DNA of 64,000 nucleotides from Phoronis australis. Taxonomy: Eukaryota; Animalia; Phoronida. Made by a program: the position numbers and the translations under genes. Within the stretch, counting starts at the first letter, position 1; every line of letters starts with the position of its first letter. The stretch is from the NCBI GenBank assembly GCA_002633005.1, contig NMRA01000978.1, forward strand, positions 11,819 through 75,818. The letters are read 5' to 3'. Below are positions 25,272 to 38,184 of the stretch, piece after piece. Below the pieces are notes generated by a model. That model was not told the DNA's origin, searched no databases, and saw nothing but the letters and a program-made list of their open reading frames with translations.

Positions 25272-27533
25272 CAGTCTCTTCTCTATTAGTTCGTACACTA
25301 GAGTACGAACTATTTTTCCCGTGAGAGCTTCGTGTACGAATTAATAGACAAAACTGACCGTTCGAACTATAAGAGAAGAAAGTCGAATTTTCGAATTATT
25401 ATAGATAAAGTTCGACTATGAGTCCAACGACGGCCTCTGAGACGTTGATTTGGCAATGCTAATTATAACCAGTAACAAATTATTTTACCGGGGATGGATT
25501 TACTTCAATATATAATACTTAACTCTTTATTTTCTTCCCATGTTCGCAAACTTCAGGAACCACGCCGCCTTCGGAATCTCCGCTTTCTGCGATGTCGTCT
25601 GCCGCACTTAGTTTCCGACTGCAGTGCACTATATAATAATACATGTATTCGAAAAAAATCAGGCCAGAGAAATGTGACGGTGGTTTTGCCAACACTCCCA
25701 ATTCGATTTAGAAGGGAAGCTCTCGGATTTTGAGCAATTCTCATACCTCACGGATAAGTGTCAAATTCTCCCTATTTTGATGAAATTCTCCAGACTTAAG
25801 AAGTTTTCTGGAAATGTATTTTGCCGGGTTACTGAGGATGTGGGGCGACGGAAAGGACCGTGTGCCTTACGGGGTTAATTTTCTACCTACGTGACTGAGT
25901 ATTTGTGTATGATCTTGAAATAATAAAAATGCAAGCCAGGTTTTGTTTTTAGCTCATTGTCAATCAAGCTGACGTTAGCAGATTTTACCAATGTCGCTGC
26001 AATTCTTGTTGTGTGCCCTGGTGCTTTATTGAAATTTCTCAAAACTTAGCTTTGTAGAGCAGTAGGCGCTTACCGTATTTCCAAAAAAAAATCAAAGGTG
26101 TTATAGACGAATAATATACGTGAATGTTTGCGGTAATAAGAAAATAAATTACGATACAATTTCTTGGGGCAAACCGCTCCGCCTAGGCTTGTCTGTGTAG
26201 ATATAGTTTTGTACCTACCTGTATAGCCACCCGGAATAATTTTGTTTCTACATTGGCCAGCTTTAGCCGGAACAAAATTATTCCCATGGAATCGAGTCTG
26301 AAAAATCTACGTTGTCGACTGGCGACCCGGGGAATGAAAACTGGCGCTAGTGTACGGAGAGGAGAATAAAAAAGATCACTAGAAGGTGGCTACGAGCCTG
26401 GAACATCGAGCCTAGGGAACAAGGAGCTACCGATTACCCGAATAATTGGCGATTTGTTTACAAGTTATTTTTACCGACAAAGATACGTATACGAACTAAT
26501 TTTCGCTCGACCAGCTACTCTACGAATTATCTTTTCCCTAGGATCCCCACTGTACGGGTTCTTTAGACTCATCACGAGTCAAAGTCAATATTAAGCAAAT
26601 ACTTGTTGAGCAATGCCCTTGCAGTAACTTTTGATTGACGACTAGCTCATGTCCGCTTACCTCCGATTCTCATCTCCATTGCGTAGCGTGTTTCACGCAA
26701 AGGCAACTGAAGTTAGCCGCGCTGGCGTTCGAGATAACTTGAGACAGCCGCATTAAACTTTACGTTGACAATTTATTGGGTTACGGAATCTAGAACATAA
26801 ACATTCCCAACCATAAAAAACACCTGAATTAGTTTTTCAAACATTTATTTCGTTCTCTCTGAACTCAGCTAATATCAGCATAGTTTTACTCATGTCACGG
26901 GACCACTGCGGCCAAAAGTTTAATCCTCATGATGGAACCTCTGCAGCACGTGAAGATTGCATGCGCGCACTTCGTCACGTGAGAATAGTTGCAATCCAAG
27001 TGGAGCACTGTATAATCACTTTTCGTCTGCCCACTGCAGTCACCGGAATCAGCTCTAGCAAGAATACTGTACGGCACGGTACTGCTTCTCCGCACTTTTG
27101 TAAAATTATTCGTGTAGTACTAATCTGAGGGTAACAGGACCTTGTTGTAAAAATCCACTGTTATCACATTTTTACCGCTATTTGGCGACACACTGGAAAA
27201 TCTTATCGCTAATTCCACATTTTTCCGTCGCCAAAAATGGCGATCTGAAAAACGACTTTTCGAGCTTTCTGCTAGCGTAGTAAAGCAAATAACGGATTCC
27301 GATCACCTGAATAGAAGTGGCGCTTATTGATTTGTGTTCTTTTATAAGAATGAAAATTTCCATTTTACCGATCCAAAAAGCTTGTACGAATTATTTTTCC
27401 GAACCAAATATGTGTACGAACTATTTTTTCCTCTGACGCCCACTGTACGAACTATTGGAGACAATTTTAAGCCCTGTTTCAAGGGTCCTGTACGAACTAA
27501 TAGAGTGCACTCGAACTAATAGAGAAAACACCA
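25272..27533. mobile_element. About 2.3-kb TA-type TIR DNA transposon relic with TACGAACTA subterminal repeats
   Basis: TA|CAGTCTCTTCTCTATTAGTTCG versus CGAACTAATAGAGAAAACACC; repeated (g)tacgaacta motifs near both ends. Confidence 0.55.
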
Positions 27534-27618
27534 TTATTATTATTATTATCATTATCATTATTATTATTATTATCATCATCATTATTATTATTATTATTAT
27601 TATTACTATTATTATTAT
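27533..27618. repeat. (ATT/ATC)n microsatellite
   Basis: directly visible. Confidence 0.98.
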
Positions 27619-27654
27619 AGAATTCTTTGATGACAATTGAAATAAAATTCTTAC

Positions 27655-27871
27655 ATGCCAGTGGAGGTTTTCGGCGGGTGTTGAGAATTGGTGCTGGTTT
27701 CAGCAGAACACTTGTTTTCGGTTGATGACGTTTTGGTCGTAGTGCCTTTGATAGGGGTCCAAATATGTCGTCAGTCAACGGAGGCCATGGATATCCATAC
27801 CAATGCGAGCTAACGTGACTAGCACAAAACAGGATAGAAACCAATACCAACAGTACCTTTGTTGTTTTCAT
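27655..27871 (-). CDS. Candidate first exon of a secreted Pro/basic-rich peptide precursor; downstream exons unresolved
   Basis: aacATG; signal-peptide-like MKTTKVLLVLVSILFCASHVSS then HWYGYPWPPLTDDIFGPLSKALRPKRHQPKTSVLLKPAPILNTRRKPPLA; donor T|GTAAGA just before an (AAT)n microsatellite; TATA box upstream. Confidence 0.6.
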
Positions 27872-27966
27872 GTTTCAGTGAGATTTGTTCGCTGTGTCTA
27901 GAATTGTTGCTCTCAAGTTGCATTTTATTGGCATTCGCGAGTAGGCGTGGCTACGATGTTACGCCG

Positions 27967-27974
27967 TATTTATA
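27967..27974 (-). promoter_or_regulatory. Candidate TATA box
   Basis: TATAAATA about 95 nt upstream of the ATG at 27871. Confidence 0.45.
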
Positions 27975-28572
27975 AACAACCGGTTTTGCGAGTTTGCTCA
28001 CCTCGGACAAAAACTCCTGGACTGACACCTGCTGTACGTGACCATTGTATTCTATTATTAGAGATTGCGACCAATAGTGCCGTTTTGAAGTGTTGAAATT
28101 TTTTATCCCATACGCGCTGAATAAGTCGAGTGCAATACGGCATGTAATATTGTTTTCCTTATTCACCTCCCGCACTACTTCAACAGTGCCCTCTTGCATG
28201 GAAAGTTCAGAATGTAGGTCAATGTCAACTCGACGTCGTTAGCCGGTTTTGATCATCAAACTTTCCGAATATAGTTTAAAGTAATACAATTGCAGCAATA
28301 TAAATAACACTGATCGACATGCAATCAGGTCCCGAAAGTGACATCTGGCTCAAAACCATTAATTATATGACACTTCTGTCTCAGTTTTCAGTTGCTAAAT
28401 ATTATATCGTCTGAAACTCAGGCGTCGATTCCTCGGTAACTACAATATCAAATATTGCTGTTATTTAACTATATTCAGGAAAGGTTACAAGTTCAATGCC
28501 TAATTACCGTTGTTTTCATCTTTGTTATCTCTATTCAAGTAAAAATTAATTACATTTAAACTCTATTTTCCT

Positions 28573-28710
28573 TTTCTAGAGAAATATTGTAACCTAACGC
28601 GCAAGTATATACATATAGGATGTGATCCGCCACGTGAATAGTCTGGGTGAAATATTCAAAAAATCTGCCGAAAAATGAAAGAAACTTAGGAATTCGAAGC
28701 GTATGGGATA
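28573..28710 (+). repeat. Dispersed repeat; second copy at 30468-30585
   Basis: tgtaacctaacg.gcaagta.atacatataggatgtgatccgcca is shared. Confidence 0.8.
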
Positions 28711-28904
28711 AATACAAAACGTACTTCGATTGGCGTAGATGATGTAATGACCAACTATTTCAGGAAATATTACAAGTTCAATTACCTTGTTTTCATCTTT
28801 GTTTTCTCTTTTCAAGTAATAAATCGTTACATTTAAAACTGTCAACAGCTTATTAATTAAAGTGAATTGTTCTTATTAAAATGACATAGACAGAAATTGA
28901 ATTC

Positions 28905-29130
28905 CGGGCGTCAAAAGCGGGGCCACCTATATTAATATGGTCGGCCCCGCCGAAAGGCAGTCGGAGAGCGGGCATCTATATTAATATGGGAAGGCCTCGC
29001 CGGAAGGCGGCTGGAGAGCGGGGCCACCTATGGGCCCCGCTCTCCGGCCGTCTTCCGGCGAGGCTCCTATATTAATATGAGTGACCCCGCCCGATGAGCG
29101 AGGCCGTCAATTTTAATATAGCCAGTCCAC
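28905..29130. repeat. GC-rich fold-back with repeated CTATATTAATATG; probable MITE
   Basis: long palindrome centred near 29030 (cctcgccggaag.cggc.ggagagcggggcc / ggccccgctctccggccgtcttccggcgagg). Confidence 0.75.
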
Positions 29131-31446
29131 TTCAAGGGGGCCACAGAATCTATAGGCCACTGAAGAGCAAAGTGCGTTACATTATTAGGATACCCAACAT
29201 TAGTATAGGGTGCGCCACTGTTTGACTACCATTGGTCACGGCCCCTGACTATTACGAAGGGTCCCAATGTTCATCCATCTTCTCGCGGGGTCCCGTAAAA
29301 TTGCATATTTGGTCTGCTTTTTGACTGACTTTAGGTGAGGCTCCCTATCATAATACAAACATCTTTGTTCTTCAGTCGCCTTTGGGCTGGGCCCCTCCAA
29401 TCACATGACAGAATATGAATCGCCACGTAAATCATAGCCAATGACTTCAAGTCAAATAAGACTTTCCATCACCACACAATGGACCACGAGCTTTAATAAA
29501 AACCTCAAACGCAAGTTTGTGAATTCTATCAACTTCAAGTGTTAGCTATGTTGAGGGCTCAATTTGCTTTTCCAGCCAGAGCCCTGCCTGTGATGATCAA
29601 CTCCACACAAGGCGACACAACATGTATTAAATTTTGAAAAATATCACTTATCGATCAGCTTGTTGAAAGTTGTCTCATTGTTGTACAAAATATCTCGATT
29701 GTTGTCCCGTGATGCACCCCATGACCTGAAACAGTTTTGAGCATTCCCCTTTCCTTTGACATATTTTGTTCTTACTAGAAAGAACAATGGAATTTATGCA
29801 TTTTATTTATTGTGCCAATTTCATATTTGCATGGTAAGCCAATGTTTTGTTTAGTTTCATAATATTCCTTTCCCTGATGCTCAGAGCGCCCGAGCAGACA
29901 AAATGTTTAGGGGCACCCATTATTGCATTTGTCAATAAATGTCAATTAACCAACGATTCATTATTAAGTTTCGACACGTAAACTATGTTTTAAAATAAAA
30001 TTGAAAGGGAATAGATTGGCTCCCCGTCCTTCAACCATCAAATGGTTCCTATGCCTATACTGTACTGCTCAGCCCCTTCTCAGTTATAACTCCAACCCCT
30101 TCCCTTTGGCATCATGGTGGCACAAAAACGGAAAACATTAACCTCTAATGGACCTATTTATTGAAAATCAGTGCATACCTACGGTGTAAAAATTTGTCAA
30201 TTGTACACTTCGGCTGTAGGTCAAGGGAATTTTGTCTGCATGTACCTTGTGAACGTACATTGTCCGTGGATGAGGTAACAAGTTTTGGAATTCAGCTAGA
30301 TTCCAAGTTTAACCACTACAAAAACATGGCCACGTTACACTTATCTCGCTAGGTTTATTTCTGGTTACACTCAAAGTCTCTAACTCAAAGCTACACAAGA
30401 TACGTACTTCACTCAACTGCATACCCTGTTTGGCAACAGCCGGGCTGTTTTGTAACAACAGTTTCTTTTCCTAGAGAAAACCTGTAACCTAACGTGCAAG
30501 TACATACATATAGGATGTGATCCGCCATGTGAACATTCTGAGTGAAGTGAAATGAAAGAAACTTAGGAATTCGAAGCGTATGGGAAAAAAACTCGACATT
30601 ATTCCGCGTATCGACCGAGACCGAAGGTCGAGTAATGCCTCGTGGGATATTACGTCATCTACGCAATGAGCTACATAACTGATATAGCTCAGTACGTTTT
30701 GTGTATTTATTGTCTGGCGGCTGCCACACAATTTGATTGTCATAAGTGAGGTGATAAGAAAATTGAAGATGGACAGAGACAGTCTTGCTGGTCTGTATTT
30801 TCGAACGCGTATGACACATACTGAAATACTTTGTGTATTGGCTGTAAACCACACACTATTTTATTGTAAGTATGAGAACTCTGAATTGAATACTTAAGCG
30901 TCAACAGCTGTTCAGAAGAAAACATTACACAAATATCTTTAATGTAGCGCTATTTGCAAAAATCGAAATTTTATCTTTTTGAAAAATAAGAAAGTCGTAC
31001 CTTTTTGTCTACATTTACATTGTTCCGGTTCTTGATATTCTGGAGGTGGGAGCATTCTAATAAATAAATCGAGAAAGTTGGAGGTGAGTGAACTATTCCT
31101 AAAGATACTCATCCCACTTCATTTCATAAAAGGGTTGTTATCGCAAACTATTTTACTCGAATCCTTAGCTCAAGTAACGTTCTTTCAACATAACATCATT
31201 ATTTTAAAATAAACTTGAATTTAATATAAAGTTAATTTTGGGCGGTGGCAAATCTCATTAAAAGCCCTTAAGACTTTTACAAGATACATGTTACAGCGGA
31301 CGCCGGAAAGAGAAGGCATATAAGTGTGGGTGCATAAAACGCCACCCTTATTAAAATATCGTTTCCCCCCCTATCTGTTACACCTCTGACGTATATAGGT
31401 ATGGAAATATTCATCACTTTTGGTTTCATAGTTGAAATGGCATACT

Positions 31447-32030
31447 TAAAGGAGAATGCCACCCGATTTAATTAACCTTTTTTGCCGTCTTAATCGGTCT
31501 ATATCCTCATCGCCTCTTATACGGTCGACCTCCCCTTGCCGACAGGTGTCGCGTTAACCTGTCGAGGAAGGTGAGAAACGACGCAGCAACGTCAGTGCTT
31601 CATCTGCAGAGTGAATGCCGCTATAATTTGGTGCATCGTTCCTGCTTGTCCGAAATATGAAGCTGCAAAGAAAGCGGGTGTATCGTTTTTTCGACTTTTA
31701 CGAGAGCCCGAAATGCTTAGGAAGTGGCTCGCGATACTGAAGAATGAAAAGTTCGCTGTTAATAGCAAGTATGAGGCCGTGAATTATCTCCGTCTCTGTG
31801 GCCGGCATATCGTCGACAGTGATTCCTCTGACGAATTCCGCCTTACCAAAGAACTATCCATACGTTCTGCTGCCTGTGCATGATCACGGCCCCTTTCTAG
31901 TATTTCTTGATCAGTGTATTCCTGTTCAAACTGATAGCCTGCGAAACCTAACGATCCGACCCGTGAAGTCTTCGTCGGATGAGCTCTCTACCAAGTCGGG
32001 ATTGGCGACGGGCGATCGAGTTGCCATGTA
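31447..32030 (+). mobile_element. Internally deleted Kolobok-like transposon: THAP remnant (+) and KolX-like N-terminus (-)
   Basis: TTAA|AGG terminus; 31611-31830 WCIVPAC..GVSFFRL.REPEMLRKWL...RLCGRH (THAP C2CH); minus strand MAT...SSSDEDF..GYQFEQEYTDQEI. Confidence 0.7.
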
Positions 32031-33576
32031 GACGTGTACATGTACATTATGCATGTTAACTATCACCGTCTCTTGACAGACTACCATGCACATTTTTGAC
32101 AGGTTCAAGAACTAGTCCATAAGAGCACCAGCATTCCAGCGGCAACGTGGTGGTGAACCAGTATCCACCAAATTGGCCAGGGATTTCTCTATCGGCACGT
32201 TCCACACTTTTAACCTCGTTGTTCTCACATTAAGCTTTGCTTGCTTTGAATGCAAGGATAGATCCGAAACTGTCTCAAATAACATAACTCAGCTGTTTTC
32301 GCGGCGTATGCGCGTACATGTAGCTAATCCGTAGCGCGTGACGGGCCACCCCTCTAGAGGAAAAGTTCTACCACGTCCCAAGCATTGAGAAAAAGCTCTA
32401 GATTCAATGACAGGTGGGGTCAGATAAATGTTAGCATCTGACGTACGTGTACATGAACTCGATTCCCAGGAGATTCTATTAGAAGGGTTTTTCAAAACGT
32501 TATCGGAAACACAGAAAAGCAAATCAGACTTTCTGATCATTCATGCGGAGTCTGGTCAGAATTGACTTGATAGCCAATCATATTTTAACCAAAGTTGAAT
32601 ATTCTCTATTTCTAGCAGCAAGTTGTTGAATCTCCAGTTTCGGCGCAATGTGTTTAAAATAGAGTATCCACTGAATAACTCGTCCTCTTTCCTGAATTGA
32701 TTACGACGTTCTCTACTAATTTCTTTCAGCAAATATTGAAAAAGTGCAGAATAATTAGCAACGATATGTGACTGGATTTTAGCAGTTGAAACTCACACCA
32801 AACGTCTATCGTTTCAAAATACCTGGATTGACTAACAACTTCCTCAATAAATGACATTGTGCACGAAGCACACGGTCGGTACACATCAATGCTCTCAGAT
32901 GCCCGTGCAATGGAACTGAACAAAAACGAAATGTATGTTGTATTAATAACGTTACCAAGGTATAAATGCCAGAGATGACATCTAAAAAACGCCAACGTTT
33001 TCTAAAATGTCATTTCGTTTAATGAATTAAATATCCTGTTGTCTTTTCATGAAAGTCCTTATTGACGTTCCCTTCTGTGTTTTGAAATGAGTTGCAGTAG
33101 GTATACTATCCAAAAGCTTCACGTGAAACCGATCAACCAACTCTGAGACACGATGTCTTATTCTTCGAGGCTTCTACATTCACGTACATGTATACCCATA
33201 AGCCTAAGCGTACGTCACGTTACTGTTGCTGGGGTAAGAGCCAGGCGAAGAATGCAATATCTAAATGTAAAATTGGGCGCCATGACAACAAATTCTTTCT
33301 ATGCTCATAAATTCGGCATTGTTCATGGAAATTTGGTAGTACAAACACCAACCTCGAGAATTCATTTGCGATAAAAGAGCTCTGCAATGGTTAGAGGTGT
33401 TGAGCATCTGATCATCATGGTTTGTGGTGACACCTGTTACAGGTCTATTGAGACGGAGATCTCTTATTGTCGTAGCCCTTTAAGTCAGGAGAGCTTTTTA
33501 TAGACCAATTTTTTGCTAGCAAAGCAAAATGCGCAAGAGCACGGAAAATCGCACGACGTGAAGGCCTTATTGTTTG

Positions 33577-33715
33577 CAGTGACGGATTTAGAGTGGGCCA
33601 ATTGGACCATAGCCCCCGCTAAGATTCTAGATTCCATTTGGCACTTCTGTTGTGCGAATGTCTGGCCAATACTCTGCCCTTGCCCCAATAACTCAAAATC
33701 CTGGATCCGCCCTTG
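33577..33715 (-). mobile_element. hAT5-like MITE, copy 2
   Basis: CAGTGACGGATT...GGATCCGCCCTTG; flanks GTTTG/GTTTC (5-bp TSD, 1 mismatch). Confidence 0.8.
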
Positions 33716-35122
33716 GTTTCGCAATACTACATGTATTCTAAACTACTGGAATGGCGCTCGTGAATTGGCTGTTCGGTGAGGTTGGAATCCTGAGTGCTTG
33801 CATTTCTGTGTCTCCGCTACGTACAGTGTAACATTTCCTCACCGTAAACGTACATGTACATGTATGGCTAACACCATAGGTCCAGGAACGCAGTCAGGCT
33901 ATGAGTGTTGACGAAGAAGGCCGGAATTTATAGTTTGTGAACATTATACGGCTTACATGTATACTGTGTAGAATATCGGTAGGGCAGCCTTTCTCCAAGT
34001 TCCCAAATTTGTGTAAATTTATTCTTAGTGTTTTGCTGCATACATGTAAGTCATTATCACAAAATGAGCAGTTATTTTGCATTGTTTGCTCAAAATAACA
34101 TCGGTTATACCACAATATCCGGGTCGAATGGTCAATACAACCGTGTGAAGTAACATTTTGGCGGGAGCCAAGGCAGGCTCCGAACCCGGGCCGCATGAGT
34201 TTCGGGTCGTCGACTTTACCACTGTACAACTCCACGTCATCGAACGTGAAAATAGAATACTTAAATGAACACGTGCAACAATAGCATGTTCAGCAAAGGG
34301 CATTGTACCGACACTTATACATGTACGCTATGAAAATAAGACGCATAATTTCCATAAAAACGATATTTTAATTCAGTGAAATTTTTCTCTCATGCTTTCT
34401 CACTTTTAAATCACCGATCTCGACCCAGGGCCTCTGACATAGAAAGTAGTTACAAAGCCGATGCGAGTTGGAAAAAGGTAGATCGATTCATTGCAATGTT
34501 TCTCGTACAGTACAATGTATGTGGTATAAATAGATTATTACATGTTCTCAGTCGTTATCCCCCTTATCTAGAGCCCTCGTGGATTTTGGCGAGTTATCAC
34601 CTTTGGGGCGATAATTCTCCAAAATCCACTCGGGCTCTAGAATACAGGGGATAAAAAACTTCGCCATGTAATAATCTATATTTATTTACGCAATGCATTT
34701 CAGAGGCAAAGGTGTCCTGTGTGGCCATAGCCAAGACGGAAGTGATTATCGAACATTTCAAAACCGGCGTCACCTGTAGCACTGCTTAGTCGGTAACCTA
34801 CAACTTCTGCAGTGGCACGTGCTTGGCTGACACAGGATCATCCTTTTTCAACAGGAAGTGCACGTGTTGCAAAGCCTATAAATCATCTAGAAGGCCTCTG
34901 GAGATGACTTGCAGTAAGTGAGATCGTGCATTCTACAAAAGCTTGCTTTAGTACGACGTGAAACAAATGTGGGTGCATTATTCCCGTGCAGTGACACCAG
35001 TCTCGCCCGCTTCTGATTTTTTTTGCCTTTCCGACATCATTGGGAAACATAGGCGGTGGGCCGAAACTCATAGCATTCATTGTTGTGCGTACTTTGGGGA
35101 GGGGGGGGGGGGTGAGACAACC

Positions 35123-38100
35123 TAGTTTTGCCTATGCGACTACACCTGTAGCTTTTGCACTTATAATTCAAAATCCAAAATGTTCCCACGCCTACACTTC
35201 CACATTGTTTTTAAAAAAGTGTTTTTCTTTGCAAGAAATATGCACATTTCTGCCAACTGGTGGGACTTTTCTGTTAAATTGACCAATTAGAGAGCCAGAT
35301 TGTATTGTTGTGCCTAGCAACTTAAATATGGCAGCTCACACAGAGTGAGATGCCTGTACATGTATATTAATAGTTTACCAAACAACAATAAATTGCGATA
35401 ACCAGTATCTGAAGAAGATTGCAGAGCAACCTGTCAAAATCTGATGGACTGTGCAACTCTATGGACCAGTACAGATGGAAAGGAAGAGAAGGTGTCATAA
35501 GCGTTTGTACAGGAAAACAGCTGCTTTGCTCAACTGGCTTATAACATGTACTGCTACATGTATACTGCTATGGAAGACTAAGTGTCAAAACAAAAATTGA
35601 AAAGGCATAGAAACGCATAACAACGTTTGCAAGACACCAACAGTAGTAGTAAGGCTGAAGCTACATAAAGTGACACCCAAAGTTTCTCAAGAAATCAATT
35701 AGACCTCCAAAATCTGAAACACCAAGTTAACCTAGTTCTTACATTTTGACACATGTGTGCTTCATTTGAGAGCAGAAAAAGTATCTTATGGGCCACATGT
35801 CTAGAAAAAGAAGCAGGGAACAATTTTCTAGAGTTGATTAGAAAACAGGTATGTGTTTTTGTAAGGTACATCTTAGTGTTTTTCCAAGTGTGTTCAGTAT
35901 TTCACTAGTTGTTTTTTAACTTATTCAGCCCCCAGTCTGCCTTAGATAATACCGATGTCTCAACTGGCCCAAAGGAGATGTCGGCCATGGCATAGTTTTT
36001 CGGTGAATTATGCATCACATTTATTAAACCATCGAAGTCATGTTGCTATAAGCTTAGAGGTTCCTTTTGTGCACAAGAGGAATGCCTTATGCGGCCGTTA
36101 GAGTCTCTATTTGTTCCCAGCTTGAACACATATTCCTGAAATCATGTCTTTCAACCAATTCGCCGTTGCCCAAATCGACCATTAGCCATTTTTACTCTGC
36201 TTTTGCCAAAGGATACCTTCATAGCGTCATACTGCCTTTTTTCATTTTAAGCACGTTACATCGAGATTTTTTGAAAACTAAGGTAAATGGAGAAAATGGT
36301 TGCAATGAAGTGCGAAATTAACGTGCACAAATGCCCGTCATTCCCCGCCTATTCCTGGGAAAGGGGGAACCTCTTGTCAATTGTTTGTAAACATTAATTA
36401 CTTAAGTGGCTGATGGGTTAACTAAATTGAAGTTCCTAAGTGGCCGGCGTCCCCGTCGTAATCTGGGAAACCCCTGACCATTTTGTCAAAGGTTCTGCAA
36501 ATATATTGACTATGGTATGATCATCTGATAAAAAAGAAATAAATTTCAATCACTGCACTGGTACACCACCTGACTTACTTTCAATTGCGTCACCTAATCT
36601 AATTGTCTAAAAATTTACATGCATGCCAACACACTGGTGGTATAAATGTTAAATTAGTGTTAGCAGTTCGCATTTTGTAAGCTGGACTTGCATCGCACAG
36701 CTGAGTCCGGAGTCCGGAATATGCAAATGGTATTCGAGGATAAAGACCTTCTGGCTGAAGAAGCCAAGTACCACAGGCCAGGCTATGGAAATACAAAGAC
36801 AGAGATCCAGAGGAGTGGAGAATCTTTAGTTTCAATGATGTTTTTCTACAGTTTTGTTTGAATCAAAACTTCTAACACATGGAGATGCCTTGCCTTTCAC
36901 AACTAAAGCAAGATTTTGAAGCTATGGCTTAGAAAGCTGGTGTGCATGAAGTTATTTGGTCTGGCAATCATAAGAAATGATTGTTGAGGCTACCCACAGC
37001 TGCAGTTTGTGCCCAGCTAATAGATACGAAAGTAAATTGTGGCTGGTGTTCAATGATTCACGTGCTGTAAAACCAATTAACATATCCCGTTATAACATAT
37101 TTTAAATCAAATATGTGCCCAAATCTTACCTGCTTCCAAACAAGGACTCGGTGTTTGACCCTTCATTGCATGCGAGCCAATTACCAGTGTGTATAGTATT
37201 GTAGCCTCTCCAATCAGCAAAAGTTAGCTCTTTGTGGAGCCGTTCAAATGAATGACGATGCCCACAGTTTCATTTACAGAACTCAAGAATGTACGCTGGA
37301 GGTGCAAAATGAACATGTGTGTGGGGAAACTGAGTTTGTGCTGCAATGCAGGGTCAAACTAAACAGAAATGTGCAGTTATGATAACTGTAGTAAAACCAG
37401 AAACATTGATTGCAAAGCTTTGGACAATGAAGATGATACATTTTAAGTTAGCCGTAAATAGAACCCCAGCTTCTCTAAACCCGTTATTTCGTGATATGAT
37501 TGTGTTAAATAGTGTGATATGTGAATTTTATTTGGTGATTTAATCATAGCAAGTACATAATTTGATAATTGTCTTGTATTTGTCTTAGACTACATGTACT
37601 TGTCAGGCACTGTCAGAATAAACTACTATTTTCATACAGTTGATGTGAACATTTACAGAGATCATTCAGCTTTGTTATTTTTTGTTCAAATTATTTCTGT
37701 TTTTTATGCAAACGAATTGTCAATGGTGCAGTCATCGACACATATATTTTAACCACTATTTAGTGTAATGTGTATTTTGCTTTTCAGACAATATGAGAAT
37801 AACCTCCTAGTAACATTTAGAATTAGTTCATATTTTTCTGCTTCTAGGTGTCACTTTGCATTTTTTAAACTTCACTGTTTGCAACTCCTCTACAAAAATG
37901 AAAATGTAATGTGAGTGTACTATTGTTAAATACAATAATATTGATTACTTGTTTTACAAAATGTAGGAAGAGTGTTATTTTTTACAACTATAAGCTCACT
38001 AAGGTCTTTGGTAACTATTACATAACTTTAAACCCAAATTTCTCCAAAATGTGCAATTTTATATGCGGGAACTTTTTAGATTTTGAAAACACACTCACCT

Positions 38101-38184
38101 AGTAAATGAATTTAAAAAGACCAAAATAAAATTGCCTCCCTAAAGTACTCACAAAAAGTATATTCTAGAGGTCCTACAAAACTA
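35123..38184 (+). mobile_element. Decayed Academ-like DNA transposon
   Basis: TAGTTTTG...CAAAACTA termini plus inner IR ttcaaaatc.aaaa.gttccc; remnants DLLAEEAKYH, LHCMRANYQ and a C-terminal CXC-like RCKMNMCVG..CCNAGSN.TEMCS..NC. Confidence 0.65.

Noticed and set aside
26895-27095. Cys-containing ORF as exon 2 of the 27871 gene (defensin-like CC end, AATAAA at 26844)
   Set aside because: An in-frame join needs a weak acceptor (GAG at ~27056 or one lacking a pyrimidine tract), and the region lies inside an apparent TIR element; it cannot be supported without RNA data
27421-27640. Poly-Ile ORFs
   Set aside because: Translations of the (ATT)n microsatellite
32060-33000. Possible decayed host-gene pseudogene on the minus strand
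   Set aside because: Coding-like fragments but many stops and no motif I can identify reliably
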